The notes under the pieces: generated by a model
What the model was told of the DNA's origin: nothing
Databases searched by the model: none
Seen by the model: the letters and a program-made list of their open reading frames with translations, nothing else
DNA from: Alphaproteobacteria bacterium
GTDB lineage: Bacteria > Pseudomonadota > Alphaproteobacteria > CAAGCB01 > CAG-977
DNA: 64,000 bases
Direction of reading: 5' to 3'
NCBI GenBank assembly: GCA_900768875.1
Contig: CAAGEP010000003.1
Location: 333,298 to 397,297, forward strand
Program-made: the position numbers and the translations under genes
Shown: positions 1-9,365 of the stretch, one piece after another
How the letters are laid out: each line of letters starts with the position of its first letter
Numbering within the stretch: position 1 is the stretch's first letter

Positions 1-590
1 GTATCGCCTGTCCCGTCGGTCCGAACTTTTCGCTCAAATCGTCCCAACGGATTTGTTGACCGGGGAAGCCTGCCGCCAAAGTTCCCGCCGCCGCGCAGAC
101 GGCAACCGATCCGTCCTTTTCCTTTTTGCCTATCCAAGCCAAAGGACAGCCGAGCAAATCAACGATTTTTTCACAAATATAGGGACAGAACTGTTCATAC
201 GTCTGTCCGCGCATCACGCGGCGCAAAGTCGCATGCAAAACAGCGTCCATGGCCGTGGACAAACGACTGCGGGAAATGTCGCGCAACTGACATACAAAGC
301 CGCCGTCAACCGGAGTAACAACCGCTTCCACGGGAAATTCCGTGTCATCCTTGCGTAAACCGATTGTTTCTGAAGTATTTGAATTGTCATTGGAATCACA
401 GATTTTTTTCAGTGCGCCGAAAGGATTGCCGTTCTGATTTTCATCGGGCAAAACCCCCCTTACGCGCCGACCGACAAGTTCGCCGTTTTCATAGCCGAAC
501 AATCGGTTGGCAGCCGAATTCGCCGATGAAATGCTTCCGTCCGGATTGATTTTCAAAACGGCGCTTTGATTGTTTTCTAACAGCGAAACC
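1..590 (-). CDS. PAS-domain sensor protein, partial (N-terminal portion; gene continues beyond window start)
   Basis: Minus-strand translation is open from ~590 down to position 1 and reads ...SLLENNQSAVLKINPDGSISSANSAANRLFGYENGELVGRRV...PVEAVVTPVDGGFVCQLRDISR..., a classic PAS fold signature. No in-frame ATG near the 5' end; the start is probably CTG or another alternative codon after AAGGAA. The ORF-track ORFs here (53..358 +, 214..399 -) look like shadows. Confidence 0.45.
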
Positions 591-776
591 AGCTTTCAAT
601 TCCTTTCCCAACGGCTGAAATTCATTCTTGTTTTATAACCGAACCCCGACAAAATTCCAAGCCTTTTTGAACTGTTTTGTTAAAATTATAGTCTTTCGGG
701 GTTTTAATCGTTGATTTTTCGCTTTCACCGCGGTAAAAATTATCCTGCAAGCGTATGTATCGACTAAGGATTTGTC

Positions 777-1577
777 ATGTCAAAAAGCTCTCTTTTCGGT
801 TTGATTCTCGGTTGGGGGATTGTTTTCACATCCATTCGTCTGGCAACGCCGGATATGCTGATGTTTTGGGATTTGAACAGCTTTCTGCTGGTAATTATCG
901 GTCCTTATTTTTCGATGCTGGTGGCCTATCCCGCTTCGGATATCAACGCCGCAAACAAGGATTGGCTGAGCATTTTCAAATTCCAAAAAATCGAAAAGAT
1001 TTCCTATAAGGACGAGGTCGGCCGCTTTGTGCAATGGGCGTACATCACACAGAAAAACGGATTGCAAGGGCTGGAAAACGAAGCTTTGACCACCCTTGGC
1101 AACGACGAACCGTTTTTAAAATACGGCGTCGAATTGGTTATTTCCGGATACACGGGACCGGAAATTCGTGAAATTTTGAAAGAATCTGCGTTCAGTTCCT
1201 ATCAGCGATCGGGAAAAACATCAGAAATTCTGACCAACATCGGGGCTTACGCTCCGGCGTTCGGGATGGCCGGCACGCTCATCGGACTGGTTGTCATGCT
1301 GTCCAATATGGGGGCGGATCCCGCCGCTATCGGTTCGGGCATGGCGGTGGCGTTGATTACGACGTTTTACGGCGTTATGTCTGCCCGTTTGATTTACCTG
1401 CCTGCGGGCATCAAACTGACCGCGCGAAACGATGAAATCCTGTTCCGCAACCTGTTGATTACGGAAAGTTTGGTTTTGCTGGCCGAACGCAAAAGCCCCC
1501 GTTATATCCAAGACAAGCTCAATGCGTTCCTTGACCCGTCGCAACATTTCCTGATTGACCGCGACATGCAGCGTTAA
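777..1577 (+). CDS. motA: flagellar-type stator protein MotA/PomA family (MotA/TolQ/ExbB proton channel)
   Basis: 266 aa, 4-TM topology, C-terminal GMAGT..LxTTxYG channel motifs; immediately followed by a motB-like gene. Confidence 0.75.
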   Translation: MSKSSLFGLILGWGIVFTSIRLATPDMLMFWDLNSFLLVIIGPYFSMLVAYPASDINAANKDWLSIFKFQKIEKISYKDEVGRFVQWAYITQKNGLQGLENEALTTLGNDEPFLKYGVELVISGYTGPEIREILKESAFSSYQRSGKTSEILTNIGAYAPAFGMAGTLIGLVVMLSNMGADPAAIGSGMAVALITTFYGVMSARLIYLPAGIKLTARNDEILFRNLLITESLVLLAERKSPRYIQDKLNAFLDPSQHFLIDRDMQR

Positions 1578-1589
1578 AGAGGTTCCGCC

Positions 1590-2252
1590 ATGGATTTGCC
1601 GCAAAAGAAAAAAGACATCAATCCCGATGACTGGCAAGGAACGTACGGCGACTGCGTAACGCTGTTGTTGTGCTTCTTCGTAATGTTACTGGCGGCATCC
1701 AAAGTCGACACCGTCATGTTTGAGCAAATCCGGACGGGTATTTCCCGCGACTTTATGGATAAAAAAATCGAACAACCCGTCAGTATGCTGATAGCGGATT
1801 TGAGTTCGGATATCAAATCCATGAATATGGACAAAGAATCTTTGCTGGGCAGCGACCATGTGGGCGTTACTTTGGATTTGGAAGCCGATACGTTTTTTAA
1901 CAAAGGTTCCGCAAAATTGAAAGAAGCGGCATATCCTATTTTAAGAAAATTGGCCGCGACTTTAAAAGAGCCACGCTACAGCCTGTTCCGTTTCGAGGTT
2001 CAAGGCCATACCGATGACGATCCGATACACACGGAGCAGTTTCCGTCCAACTGGGAATTATCGTCCGCACGTGCTTCGGCTGTTGCCCGCGCGTTGATTG
2101 CGGGCGGGTTGGATCCCACGCGTTTGCGTACCGTCGGCATGGCTGACATTCAGCCCCGCTATCCCAACCGCGACGCGTACGGCAATCCGATACCCCACAA
2201 TCAACAGCGCAACCGCCGCGTTTTGTTGCGTATGGATCCTGTTTATAAATAA
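1590..2252 (+). CDS. motB: MotB/OmpA-family stator protein with peptidoglycan-binding C-terminal domain
   Basis: 220 aa; N-terminal W..TYGD..TLLLCFFV (MotB TM/plug), C-terminal OmpA-like FxVxGHTD...NWELSSARA motif; ATG preceded by AAAGAGG. Confidence 0.75.
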   Translation: MDLPQKKKDINPDDWQGTYGDCVTLLLCFFVMLLAASKVDTVMFEQIRTGISRDFMDKKIEQPVSMLIADLSSDIKSMNMDKESLLGSDHVGVTLDLEADTFFNKGSAKLKEAAYPILRKLAATLKEPRYSLFRFEVQGHTDDDPIHTEQFPSNWELSSARASAVARALIAGGLDPTRLRTVGMADIQPRYPNRDAYGNPIPHNQQRNRRVLLRMDPVYK

Positions 2253-2600
2253 TCAGTCGAAAAACTTGCCTTTAAAGAAATTGGGATTTCCCGTCTTTTT
2301 GGCGGTCAGTTTGAAAATAACGTTTCCGTCGGGGCAAACGATTGTTTTACTGTATTTTCCGTCGCCGCCGACGTTTTCCAAATCGCCACCACTTCTGACG
2401 GCTTCCATAATCGGGTACAGCATCATCATCGTTTTTGAACAAATTCCCTGTCCCTCTTGATTGACGGGACAGCCGTACGTGCATTTGTATTTGTCGCCGA
2501 TTTCTTCGCCGTTGCGGCAATACCGCTCGGTTTTGCTTCCGCGCAGGAATCCCATCACTTCAATTTCAAATTCGTATTCTTCGCCATACCATTTTTTCAT
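2253..2600 (-). CDS. TIGR04076-like small Cys-containing protein
   Basis: 115 aa with several Cys (CRNG..C.YGCP...C....CPDGNVIFKL) and the LYPIMEAVRSGG segment, resembling the TIGR04076 family; overlaps the upstream hydrolase gene by 4 nt (operon). Confidence 0.45.
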   Translation of the reverse strand: MKKWYGEEYEFEIEVMGFLRGSKTERYCRNGEEIGDKYKCTYGCPVNQEGQGICSKTMMMLYPIMEAVRSGGDLENVGGDGKYSKTIVCPDGNVIFKLTAKKTGNPNFFKGKFFD

Positions 2601-3352
2601 GCAAGCCTGCCCAAAATCGCCGTCAGCTCTTGTTCCAAAACAGCCAAGTCACGCTCGTCGGATAAACGGTGTCCGCTGTTTTTCAAAACAATTACTTTAC
2701 AGTTATCGGTTTTCACTGCATCCATTATTTCAAAAGACTTTTTAAACGAAACGCAATCGTCTTTTTCCCCGTGAATCAAAACGACGGGACAGGCAATGTT
2801 CAAGCTGTCCTTGCCGTGCAGAACGTAGAATTGCTCTGCTTCGCTGAACAGCCTTTTTGTCCACGGATCACCCTGCTCCGTCCAACCGTTCGGCGTGTAA
2901 ATAATACCTTTATCCAAAACTTCCTGTTTTTGGTCAAGAGTAAAGCTGTTCCAAACGTCTTTGGTAAAATCGGCGGCGGCGGCAAGCCCGATAACGGCCT
3001 TGACGCGGTCGGGCAAAGCCTGCGCCGTCAGCAGAGAAATCCACCCGCCCATTGAGCTGCCGATTAAAACGACATCGCCGACAGCCACGCGGTCGATAAT
3101 ATCCAGCGCGTTTTTAAACCAAATGCCGATTGTGCCGTCCGTATACTTTCCCGAAGATTCTCCATGCCCCGTAAAATCGAAAGCAATATAGGAGATATCG
3201 CGTTTTTCGCAGTATTGTTCCAAAAACAGGGACTTCGTTCCGTTTTTGTCTGATAAAGTTCCGTGCATAAAAACAACGGTCGGTTCCGCATTTCCATGAT
3301 TAAAGCGATATGACAGCTGTTTGCCGTCGGACAATTCCAAAATACCTTCCAT
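2597..3352 (-). CDS. alpha/beta-fold hydrolase
   Basis: 251 aa; HGxxS...GSSMGG nucleophile elbow, C-terminal His; typical alpha/beta hydrolase. Confidence 0.7.
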   Translation of the reverse strand: MEGILELSDGKQLSYRFNHGNAEPTVVFMHGTLSDKNGTKSLFLEQYCEKRDISYIAFDFTGHGESSGKYTDGTIGIWFKNALDIIDRVAVGDVVLIGSSMGGWISLLTAQALPDRVKAVIGLAAAADFTKDVWNSFTLDQKQEVLDKGIIYTPNGWTEQGDPWTKRLFSEAEQFYVLHGKDSLNIACPVVLIHGEKDDCVSFKKSFEIMDAVKTDNCKVIVLKNSGHRLSDERDLAVLEQELTAILGRLA

Positions 3353-3363
3353 ACTTTATCCTT

Positions 3364-4917
3364 TCACATATCGGCAAAAAAATCGTCAGCGCTGGTTTGT
3401 TCATCCTGTTTCGGCTGCACGACTTCATTTTCGATTTCTTCTTCTTTTTTCTGCATCAGTTTTTCTTTCAGCCCTTCCAGCAGTCCCTTTTTGGGCTTGG
3501 CATCACCGGCAGCCGCTTGACCGCCGTAGCTTTCGGCCAGCTTCACCCCTTCGGCGCGAATGTCCTGACCGAAGCTGTCGTCCAACATTTTAATCGTTTC
3601 CTCGACGGCGGGCAAAGAATCGGCATCGGCGAACTTTTTCGACAGCAGAAAATACATATAACAACGCGCCAAATCGGGAACGACGATTTCGCCTTCGCAA
3701 TAAATCGGCCCCAGTTTGTAAAAAGCAATGGCGCTATTGGATTCCGCTGCCTTGGAATACCATTTAAACGCTTCATTCGGATCGGCTTTCATCCCCTGCC
3801 CCAGCATGTACAAATCCCCCAAAGCCAACTGAGCGATAACATCGCCGCCTTCGGCTTTCGGCGTTAAAATATCCAAGACAGGCTTGAAATCGTCGTTGCG
3901 GACGGCATCGCTGAGAACGCGCCTGCCAACGCCCGCCGCGACCAGCATGGTCTCCTTGTCTGTTTTAACGGTAGGTTTAAGGTTTTCCTGTTCAGGTTTC
4001 TGTTGCGATGTCTGCGTCTTTTGATTGCCGCCCAGATCCGCTTCAAAATCGGAAGCATCCTGTTTTGACGGAATGGATTCCGTGCGGGACTTTTTATGCC
4101 AAACGCGCGCTTTTTGCTGAGCCATCTGAACATCTTGCGGTTGCATTTTTTGCGTAACTTCCTCACGCAAAGCCGCCGCTTCCTCTTTCAGCGGTGATTT
4201 CGCATAAGCTGACACAATGTTGTAGTACATGTGCGCGCCGATCAGATTGAACGGCAACCCGCGCAGTTCCGTGTTTCCATACAGCTTTGCCAAATCCATC
4301 TGAGCTTGACTGTCGCCTTGGTCGGCGGCCAGTTTGTACCAGCGAATGGCAGCGGTAAAGTCCTGCGGCGTTCCGATACCTTTTAAAAACATGCCGCCCA
4401 GCGCATATTGAGCGGGACCGTAGCCTTGATCCGCCGCTTTTTGATAAAATTCAAACGCCTTGACGGAATCTTTGCGCAATCCTTTGCCTTCGTCCAACAT
4501 CAACCCGATATTGTATTGCGCGGCATAGTTTCCTTTTTCCGCCGACTGTTTAAACCAGCGATAGGCTTCAGCATAGTTTCTGTCAACGCCGCGTCCCAAA
4601 AAATAAGCATTGCCGACTTTCAGCGCGGATTTTTCGTCGCCGGATTCGGCGGATCGCCGATAGAAAGTCAATGCCTGCATTTCGTCTTTGGCGACGCCCA
4701 AACCGTTTTCATACAGTCTTGCCAGATTGTAATAAGCTTCGGCGGTATGATCTCCGACTTTAATCAAGCGGTTCAATTCCTGCAGGGCGAAAACGTAATC
4801 TTTGTCGTTGATGGCATCTTCTGCTTCCTGCAAAGTCGCATTTGCCGCCGTTGACAAAGCGAACAGGGAAAGACCGCTCAACAAAAACAGGCGTGTTTTA
4901 TTCATTGGAAACCTCAC
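3364..4917 (-). CDS. secreted Sel1-like/TPR repeat protein
   Basis: 517 aa; N-terminal signal peptide (LLSGLSLFALSTAANA); multiple Sel1-like repeats (AxxxYxLAxLYxxGxGVxKD...). Confidence 0.7.
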   Translation of the reverse strand: MRFPMNKTRLFLLSGLSLFALSTAANATLQEAEDAINDKDYVFALQELNRLIKVGDHTAEAYYNLARLYENGLGVAKDEMQALTFYRRSAESGDEKSALKVGNAYFLGRGVDRNYAEAYRWFKQSAEKGNYAAQYNIGLMLDEGKGLRKDSVKAFEFYQKAADQGYGPAQYALGGMFLKGIGTPQDFTAAIRWYKLAADQGDSQAQMDLAKLYGNTELRGLPFNLIGAHMYYNIVSAYAKSPLKEEAAALREEVTQKMQPQDVQMAQQKARVWHKKSRTESIPSKQDASDFEADLGGNQKTQTSQQKPEQENLKPTVKTDKETMLVAAGVGRRVLSDAVRNDDFKPVLDILTPKAEGGDVIAQLALGDLYMLGQGMKADPNEAFKWYSKAAESNSAIAFYKLGPIYCEGEIVVPDLARCYMYFLLSKKFADADSLPAVEETIKMLDDSFGQDIRAEGVKLAESYGGQAAAGDAKPKKGLLEGLKEKLMQKKEEEIENEVVQPKQDEQTSADDFFADM

Positions 4918-5789
4918 TTAAAAACAACGGTGCGGCGACCGTTCAGCAAAATGCGTCTTTCCGTATGATAGCGCACGGCGCGCGCCAAAACAATGTTTTC
5001 CAAATCCTTGCCGACGGCAATCAGTTTTGCGGGTGTAAATGTATGATCAACGCGCTCGACCGCCTGTTCGATAATCGGACCTTCGTCCAAATCGGCGGTA
5101 ACATAGTGCGCCGTCGCGCCAATCAGCTTGACCCCGCGTTCATAGGCTTGGTGGTACGGTTTTGCGCCCTTGAAGCTGGGCAGGAACGAATGGTGGATAT
5201 TGATGCAATGCCCCTGCAGCGCGCGGCACATATCGTCGGACAAAATCTGCATATAACGCGCCAAAACAACCAAATCGACGCGCAAATCGGCGGCAAGCTG
5301 CAAAATCTTGTTTTCCTGCGCGCGCTTAGCTTCAAAGCTTGATCCCGCGGGCAAAGGCAGATAATGATACGGAATTTTGTTCCATTCGACGAATTCGCGC
5401 ATATCTTCGTGATTGGAAACGACGCCCGCAATATCGACGTTCAAAAGCCCCGTCCGCCACCGCTGCAGCAAGTCGTTCAAACAATGGCTTTCTTTGGACA
5501 CCAGCAGCAGCAAACGCGCGGGACGGTCGCCGTTGTGCAGCTTCCAGTCCATTTTGTATTCCGCCGCCAAAGGCTTGAACGATTCCCGCAAAACAGGACG
5601 CATGCTTTCCGCCGTGTCCGTCGTGAACACAATGCGCATAAAGAACAAACGGCTGAGTTCGTCGCCGAACTGCGCGGCTTCTTTGACAAAGCCGCCTTCC
5701 GCCGCGATTTTGGAAAAAACACGCGCGGCAATGCCCGTTCTGTCGGGACAGCTGAGGGTTAAAATATGCGTTTCCAAAGCCATTTTCAT
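4914..5789 (-). CDS. purU: formyltetrahydrofolate deformylase
   Basis: 291 aa; N-terminal ACT domain plus formyltransferase core (HHSFLP...DEGPII). Confidence 0.8.
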   Translation of the reverse strand: MKMALETHILTLSCPDRTGIAARVFSKIAAEGGFVKEAAQFGDELSRLFFMRIVFTTDTAESMRPVLRESFKPLAAEYKMDWKLHNGDRPARLLLLVSKESHCLNDLLQRWRTGLLNVDIAGVVSNHEDMREFVEWNKIPYHYLPLPAGSSFEAKRAQENKILQLAADLRVDLVVLARYMQILSDDMCRALQGHCINIHHSFLPSFKGAKPYHQAYERGVKLIGATAHYVTADLDEGPIIEQAVERVDHTFTPAKLIAVGKDLENIVLARAVRYHTERRILLNGRRTVVFK

Positions 5790-5802
5790 CTAATCCTTTT
5801 TA

Positions 5803-8800
5803 TCAAGAAGTTTTTACATCATTTTGATTTTCAACGGCAATGTGCGCAATTTTTGTCATCAATTTGCGCATACCGCGAATACGGTCTTTCGGCGTTTCCC
5901 AATCTCTGATGCACACGATTTTCTGATCGGGACGCAATTTCGCCGCGCCGCGGTTTTGGGCGATAAAGGTAACCAATCCCGCGGGATTCGGAAAGCGGTT
6001 GTCGCGCAAAGTCAGCACCGCCCCTTTGGGGCCGGCTTCGATTTTTTCGACGTTGGCTTTGCGGCACAAAACCTTGATAGCGATGATTTCCAGCAAGTTT
6101 TCGACTTCGGGAGGCAAAGGACCAAACCTGTCCGCCAATTCGGCGGCAAACCCGTCGATTTCATCCGGTTCCTGCACCTCCGCCAGTCGTTTGTACAGTC
6201 CCATGCGCACGCCCAAATCGCGCACATAGCTTTCGGGAATAAGAACGGGCATACCTGCGGAAATCTGCGGCGACCAATCGGATTCTTCGTCCGTTTCCGC
6301 CTCGCCCGCACGGGCTTGAGCGACCGCTTCCTCCAGCATTTTTTGATAAAGCTCGATACCGACTTCGCGGATATGTCCCGACTGTTCTTCGCCCAGCAGA
6401 TTGCCCGCCCCGCGAATGTCCAAGTCATAACTGGCAAGCGTGAAGCCCGCCCCCAGCGTATCCAGCTTTTGCATAACTTCCATACGCTTCAGCGCGGTTT
6501 TGTTGACCGAACGGTTCGACGGCAAAGTCAGATACGCGTAGCCGCGCGTTTTGCCGCGTCCGACGCGCCCGCGCAGCTGATACAACTGCGCCAAGCCGAA
6601 CATATCCGCGCGGTGAATGATTATCGTGTTGACCGACGGCATGTCCAGCCCCGATTCAATAATCGTCGTGGACAGCAAAACATCGTACTTTTTATCCGCA
6701 AAAGCGGTCATAATGTCTTCCAGTTCCGTCGGCGTCATCCTGCCGTGAGCGGCGACCACGCGGATTTCGGGAACAAGCACGTCCAGTTTTCTTTTGACTT
6801 CGTCCATATCGGCGATGCGAGGGAAAACATAGAACGTCTGACCGCCGCGCATGCGTTCGCGCATCAAAGCTTCGCGGATAATCACGGGATCGAACGGCAA
6901 AACGAACGTGCGTACCGCCAAACGATCGACGGGCGGCGTTGCGATGATGCTCAGCTCCCTCACCCCCGTCAGCGCCATTTGCAAAGTGCGCGGAATGGGT
7001 GTTGCCGTCAAAGTCAAAACGTGAACGTTGGCTTTCAGCTGTTTCAAGCGTTCCTTGTGCGCGACGCCGAAATGCTGTTCTTCGTCCACAATCAGCAGTC
7101 CCAAGTTCGCAAAGCGGATATTCTTGGACAGCAAAGCGTGCGTCCCGACCACAATGTCGATTTTGCCCTCCTCAAGTTCTTTTTTGGTCTGCGCCGTCGT
7201 TTTGGCGTTGACCAAGCGCGACAGCTGAGCCAGCCGCAGCGGAAATCCCGCCAAGCGCGCTTTGAACGTTTCATAGTGCTGGCGGGCAAGCAAAGTGGTC
7301 GGCACGACAACGGCGACCTGCGCCCCGTTCATCGCCGCCGCAAACGCCGCGCGCAAAGCGACTTCGGTTTTGCCGAAGCCGACATCGCCGCACACCAGCC
7401 TGTCCATGGGACGACCTTCGGACAAATCGGACAGCACGTCTTGAATGCTTTTTTCCTGATCTTCCGTTTCGGCATAAGGGAAACGCGCGCAAAAATCATC
7501 GTAAACGCCTTCGGGCACGGGCAGACGCTCCGCTTTGCGCAAGTGGCGTTCAGCCGCAACTTTTATCAAAGCGTCCGCCATGTCGCGAATACGCTTTTTC
7601 AGCTTCGCCTTGCGCGCCTGCCACGCGTGACCGCCCAGCTTGTCCAGCACGGCGGTGGCTTGGTCGGAGCCGTAACGGGACAGCACTTCGATGTTTTCGA
7701 CGGGAACGAACAGCTTGTCGTCGTCGGCGTACACCAAGCACACACAGTCGTGCGGCGCCCCGCCGACCTGCAAAGTCCTCAAGCCTTCGTACCGCCCGAT
7801 GCCGTGGTCGATATGGACGACCAAATCGCCCTCGTTCAACGCGGACACATCGGAAATGAATTGGTCTCCGCGCCGCTTTTTGCGCACGGGACGCGCCAAA
7901 CGGTCGCCGAAAATATCGGCTTCGGACAATACGGTGCAAGAATCCGTCTTAAAGCCCTCGGTCAGCGGCAATACCGCAAACGCCGTGCCGTCCCTGACTG
8001 CCAAAGCTTGCGCCCAAGAATCGACTTCGACCGTCGGCGCGCCGCGCTCCTTCAGCAAACCTGCGATTCTGGAGCGGGAACCGCTTGTAAAAGCGGTCAA
8101 TATCACGTTTCTTTTCGCCAGACGCTCCGCAACAATGAACTTTCGCACCGCGTCGTAAATATCGATTTCGGGCAAAGCGCGTTCGGCGGAAAAATCCTTG
8201 CCGTTTCTGCCGCCCATATCTTGCGCGGGCAATTCGCCGTCGTAATCGGGCGCGGCAAACGGAAACAATCGGTAAACCGCACGGGGACGCAGTAAAGATT
8301 GAAGCTCGTCCGCGCTTACAAACATCCGTTCGACGGGAACGGGATGATAAATCATGCCGCTTTCGCTCAATCCGTTTTTTTCCGCGTCCAAGCGGGCGTT
8401 ATAAAACTCGTCGATTTGCTCCAAGCGGGCTTTGACGGCTTCGTCCGCCTGATATTCCCAAACGACGACTGCGTCGGGAACAAAAGCAAACAAAGTATCC
8501 ATTCCGTCGTGAAACAAAGGAAGCCAATGCTCCATGCCTTGGAAACGGCGGTGTTCGGAAATGCTTTCGTATAAAATATCGTTCGTCCCCGCGCCGAACA
8601 GCTCGCGGTATCGAGTTCTGAAGCGCGACACGGATTCGTCATCCAGCGCGACTTCGCTGACGGGACGGAACACAAAGCGGGGCAACGCGCCGCTGGTGCG
8701 CTGAGTCATCGGGTCGAACGTGCGGATGCTTTCCAGTTCGTCGCCGAACAAATCAAGGCGTAAAGGCTCTGCCGTACCGGGAGCGAACACATCGACAATG

Positions 8801-9288
8801 CCGCCGCGAACGGCGTATTCGCCCGCCTCCATGACTTGTTCGGTGCGCTGATAGCCGTTCTTTTCCAAAAAAGCCTTGAAAGCGTCCTCGTCAAATGTTT
8901 TACCGACTTCGGCGGTCAAAGACGCGGCGAAAAAATCGAACGGCGGCACGCGTTGAAGCAACGCCGCAACGGTCGTCAAAACGATACGGGGCTGCTTGCC
9001 CTTTCCGCCGTGCAGACGGGTCAGCGTTTCCAGCCTTTTTGCCACAACGTCTGTGTTGGGCGATACGCGGTCGTACGGCACGGTGTCCCATGCGGGAAAA
9101 GTCAAAATCTCCGCTTTTGTGTCGAAAAAAGCCAAGTTCGCCGCCGTTTGCGCCAACTGCATTTCATCGCGGCACACATACAGCACGTCGTCCGTTTGGT
9201 CGGCGATTTGGCTTAAAGCAATCGGCGTAAAACTTTCGGGAACGCCCGCCAGCAGGCTTGTTTGAGGACTTTTTGTAAATTTCGGCAT
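5803..9288 (-). CDS. mfd: transcription-repair coupling factor
   Basis: 1161 aa; UvrB-like N-terminus, DEAD/DEAH helicase motifs (GDVGFGKTEVA, DEEQHFGV), TRCF C-terminal domain. Confidence 0.9.
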   Translation of the reverse strand: MPKFTKSPQTSLLAGVPESFTPIALSQIADQTDDVLYVCRDEMQLAQTAANLAFFDTKAEILTFPAWDTVPYDRVSPNTDVVAKRLETLTRLHGGKGKQPRIVLTTVAALLQRVPPFDFFAASLTAEVGKTFDEDAFKAFLEKNGYQRTEQVMEAGEYAVRGGIVDVFAPGTAEPLRLDLFGDELESIRTFDPMTQRTSGALPRFVFRPVSEVALDDESVSRFRTRYRELFGAGTNDILYESISEHRRFQGMEHWLPLFHDGMDTLFAFVPDAVVVWEYQADEAVKARLEQIDEFYNARLDAEKNGLSESGMIYHPVPVERMFVSADELQSLLRPRAVYRLFPFAAPDYDGELPAQDMGGRNGKDFSAERALPEIDIYDAVRKFIVAERLAKRNVILTAFTSGSRSRIAGLLKERGAPTVEVDSWAQALAVRDGTAFAVLPLTEGFKTDSCTVLSEADIFGDRLARPVRKKRRGDQFISDVSALNEGDLVVHIDHGIGRYEGLRTLQVGGAPHDCVCLVYADDDKLFVPVENIEVLSRYGSDQATAVLDKLGGHAWQARKAKLKKRIRDMADALIKVAAERHLRKAERLPVPEGVYDDFCARFPYAETEDQEKSIQDVLSDLSEGRPMDRLVCGDVGFGKTEVALRAAFAAAMNGAQVAVVVPTTLLARQHYETFKARLAGFPLRLAQLSRLVNAKTTAQTKKELEEGKIDIVVGTHALLSKNIRFANLGLLIVDEEQHFGVAHKERLKQLKANVHVLTLTATPIPRTLQMALTGVRELSIIATPPVDRLAVRTFVLPFDPVIIREALMRERMRGGQTFYVFPRIADMDEVKRKLDVLVPEIRVVAAHGRMTPTELEDIMTAFADKKYDVLLSTTIIESGLDMPSVNTIIIHRADMFGLAQLYQLRGRVGRGKTRGYAYLTLPSNRSVNKTALKRMEVMQKLDTLGAGFTLASYDLDIRGAGNLLGEEQSGHIREVGIELYQKMLEEAVAQARAGEAETDEESDWSPQISAGMPVLIPESYVRDLGVRMGLYKRLAEVQEPDEIDGFAAELADRFGPLPPEVENLLEIIAIKVLCRKANVEKIEAGPKGAVLTLRDNRFPNPAGLVTFIAQNRGAAKLRPDQKIVCIRDWETPKDRIRGMRKLMTKIAHIAVENQNDVKTS

Positions 9289-9365
9289 TTTTAAACTTGC
9301 TCCGTTAATCAGATAAATTACAATAGGAACAAAAGAAAATCACCTGTTATTTTTAGGAAACGCCC

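Noticed and set aside
53-358. 101-aa plus-strand ORF at the window start
   Set aside because: The opposite strand encodes a convincing PAS-domain protein across the same region; this ORF is the shadow frame.
777-2252. MotA/MotB-like pair as a Zorya-type anti-phage stator
   Set aside because: ZorA proteins are much longer, with a long C-terminal tail. These are standard-size MotA (266 aa) and MotB (220 aa, OmpA-like C-terminus) with no ZorC/D/E-like neighbours, so an ordinary flagellar/stator function is far more likely.
5824-8295. 823-aa plus-strand ORF and many other long ORFs antisense to mfd, PFOR (40663..44373, 1236 aa), MoxR/DUF58 (22760..24196) and others
   Set aside because: They lie entirely within, and antisense to, strongly conserved genes. 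Their translations are Arg/Gly/Ala-rich low-complexity strings typical of shadow ORFs in GC-rich DNA, with no domain signatures.
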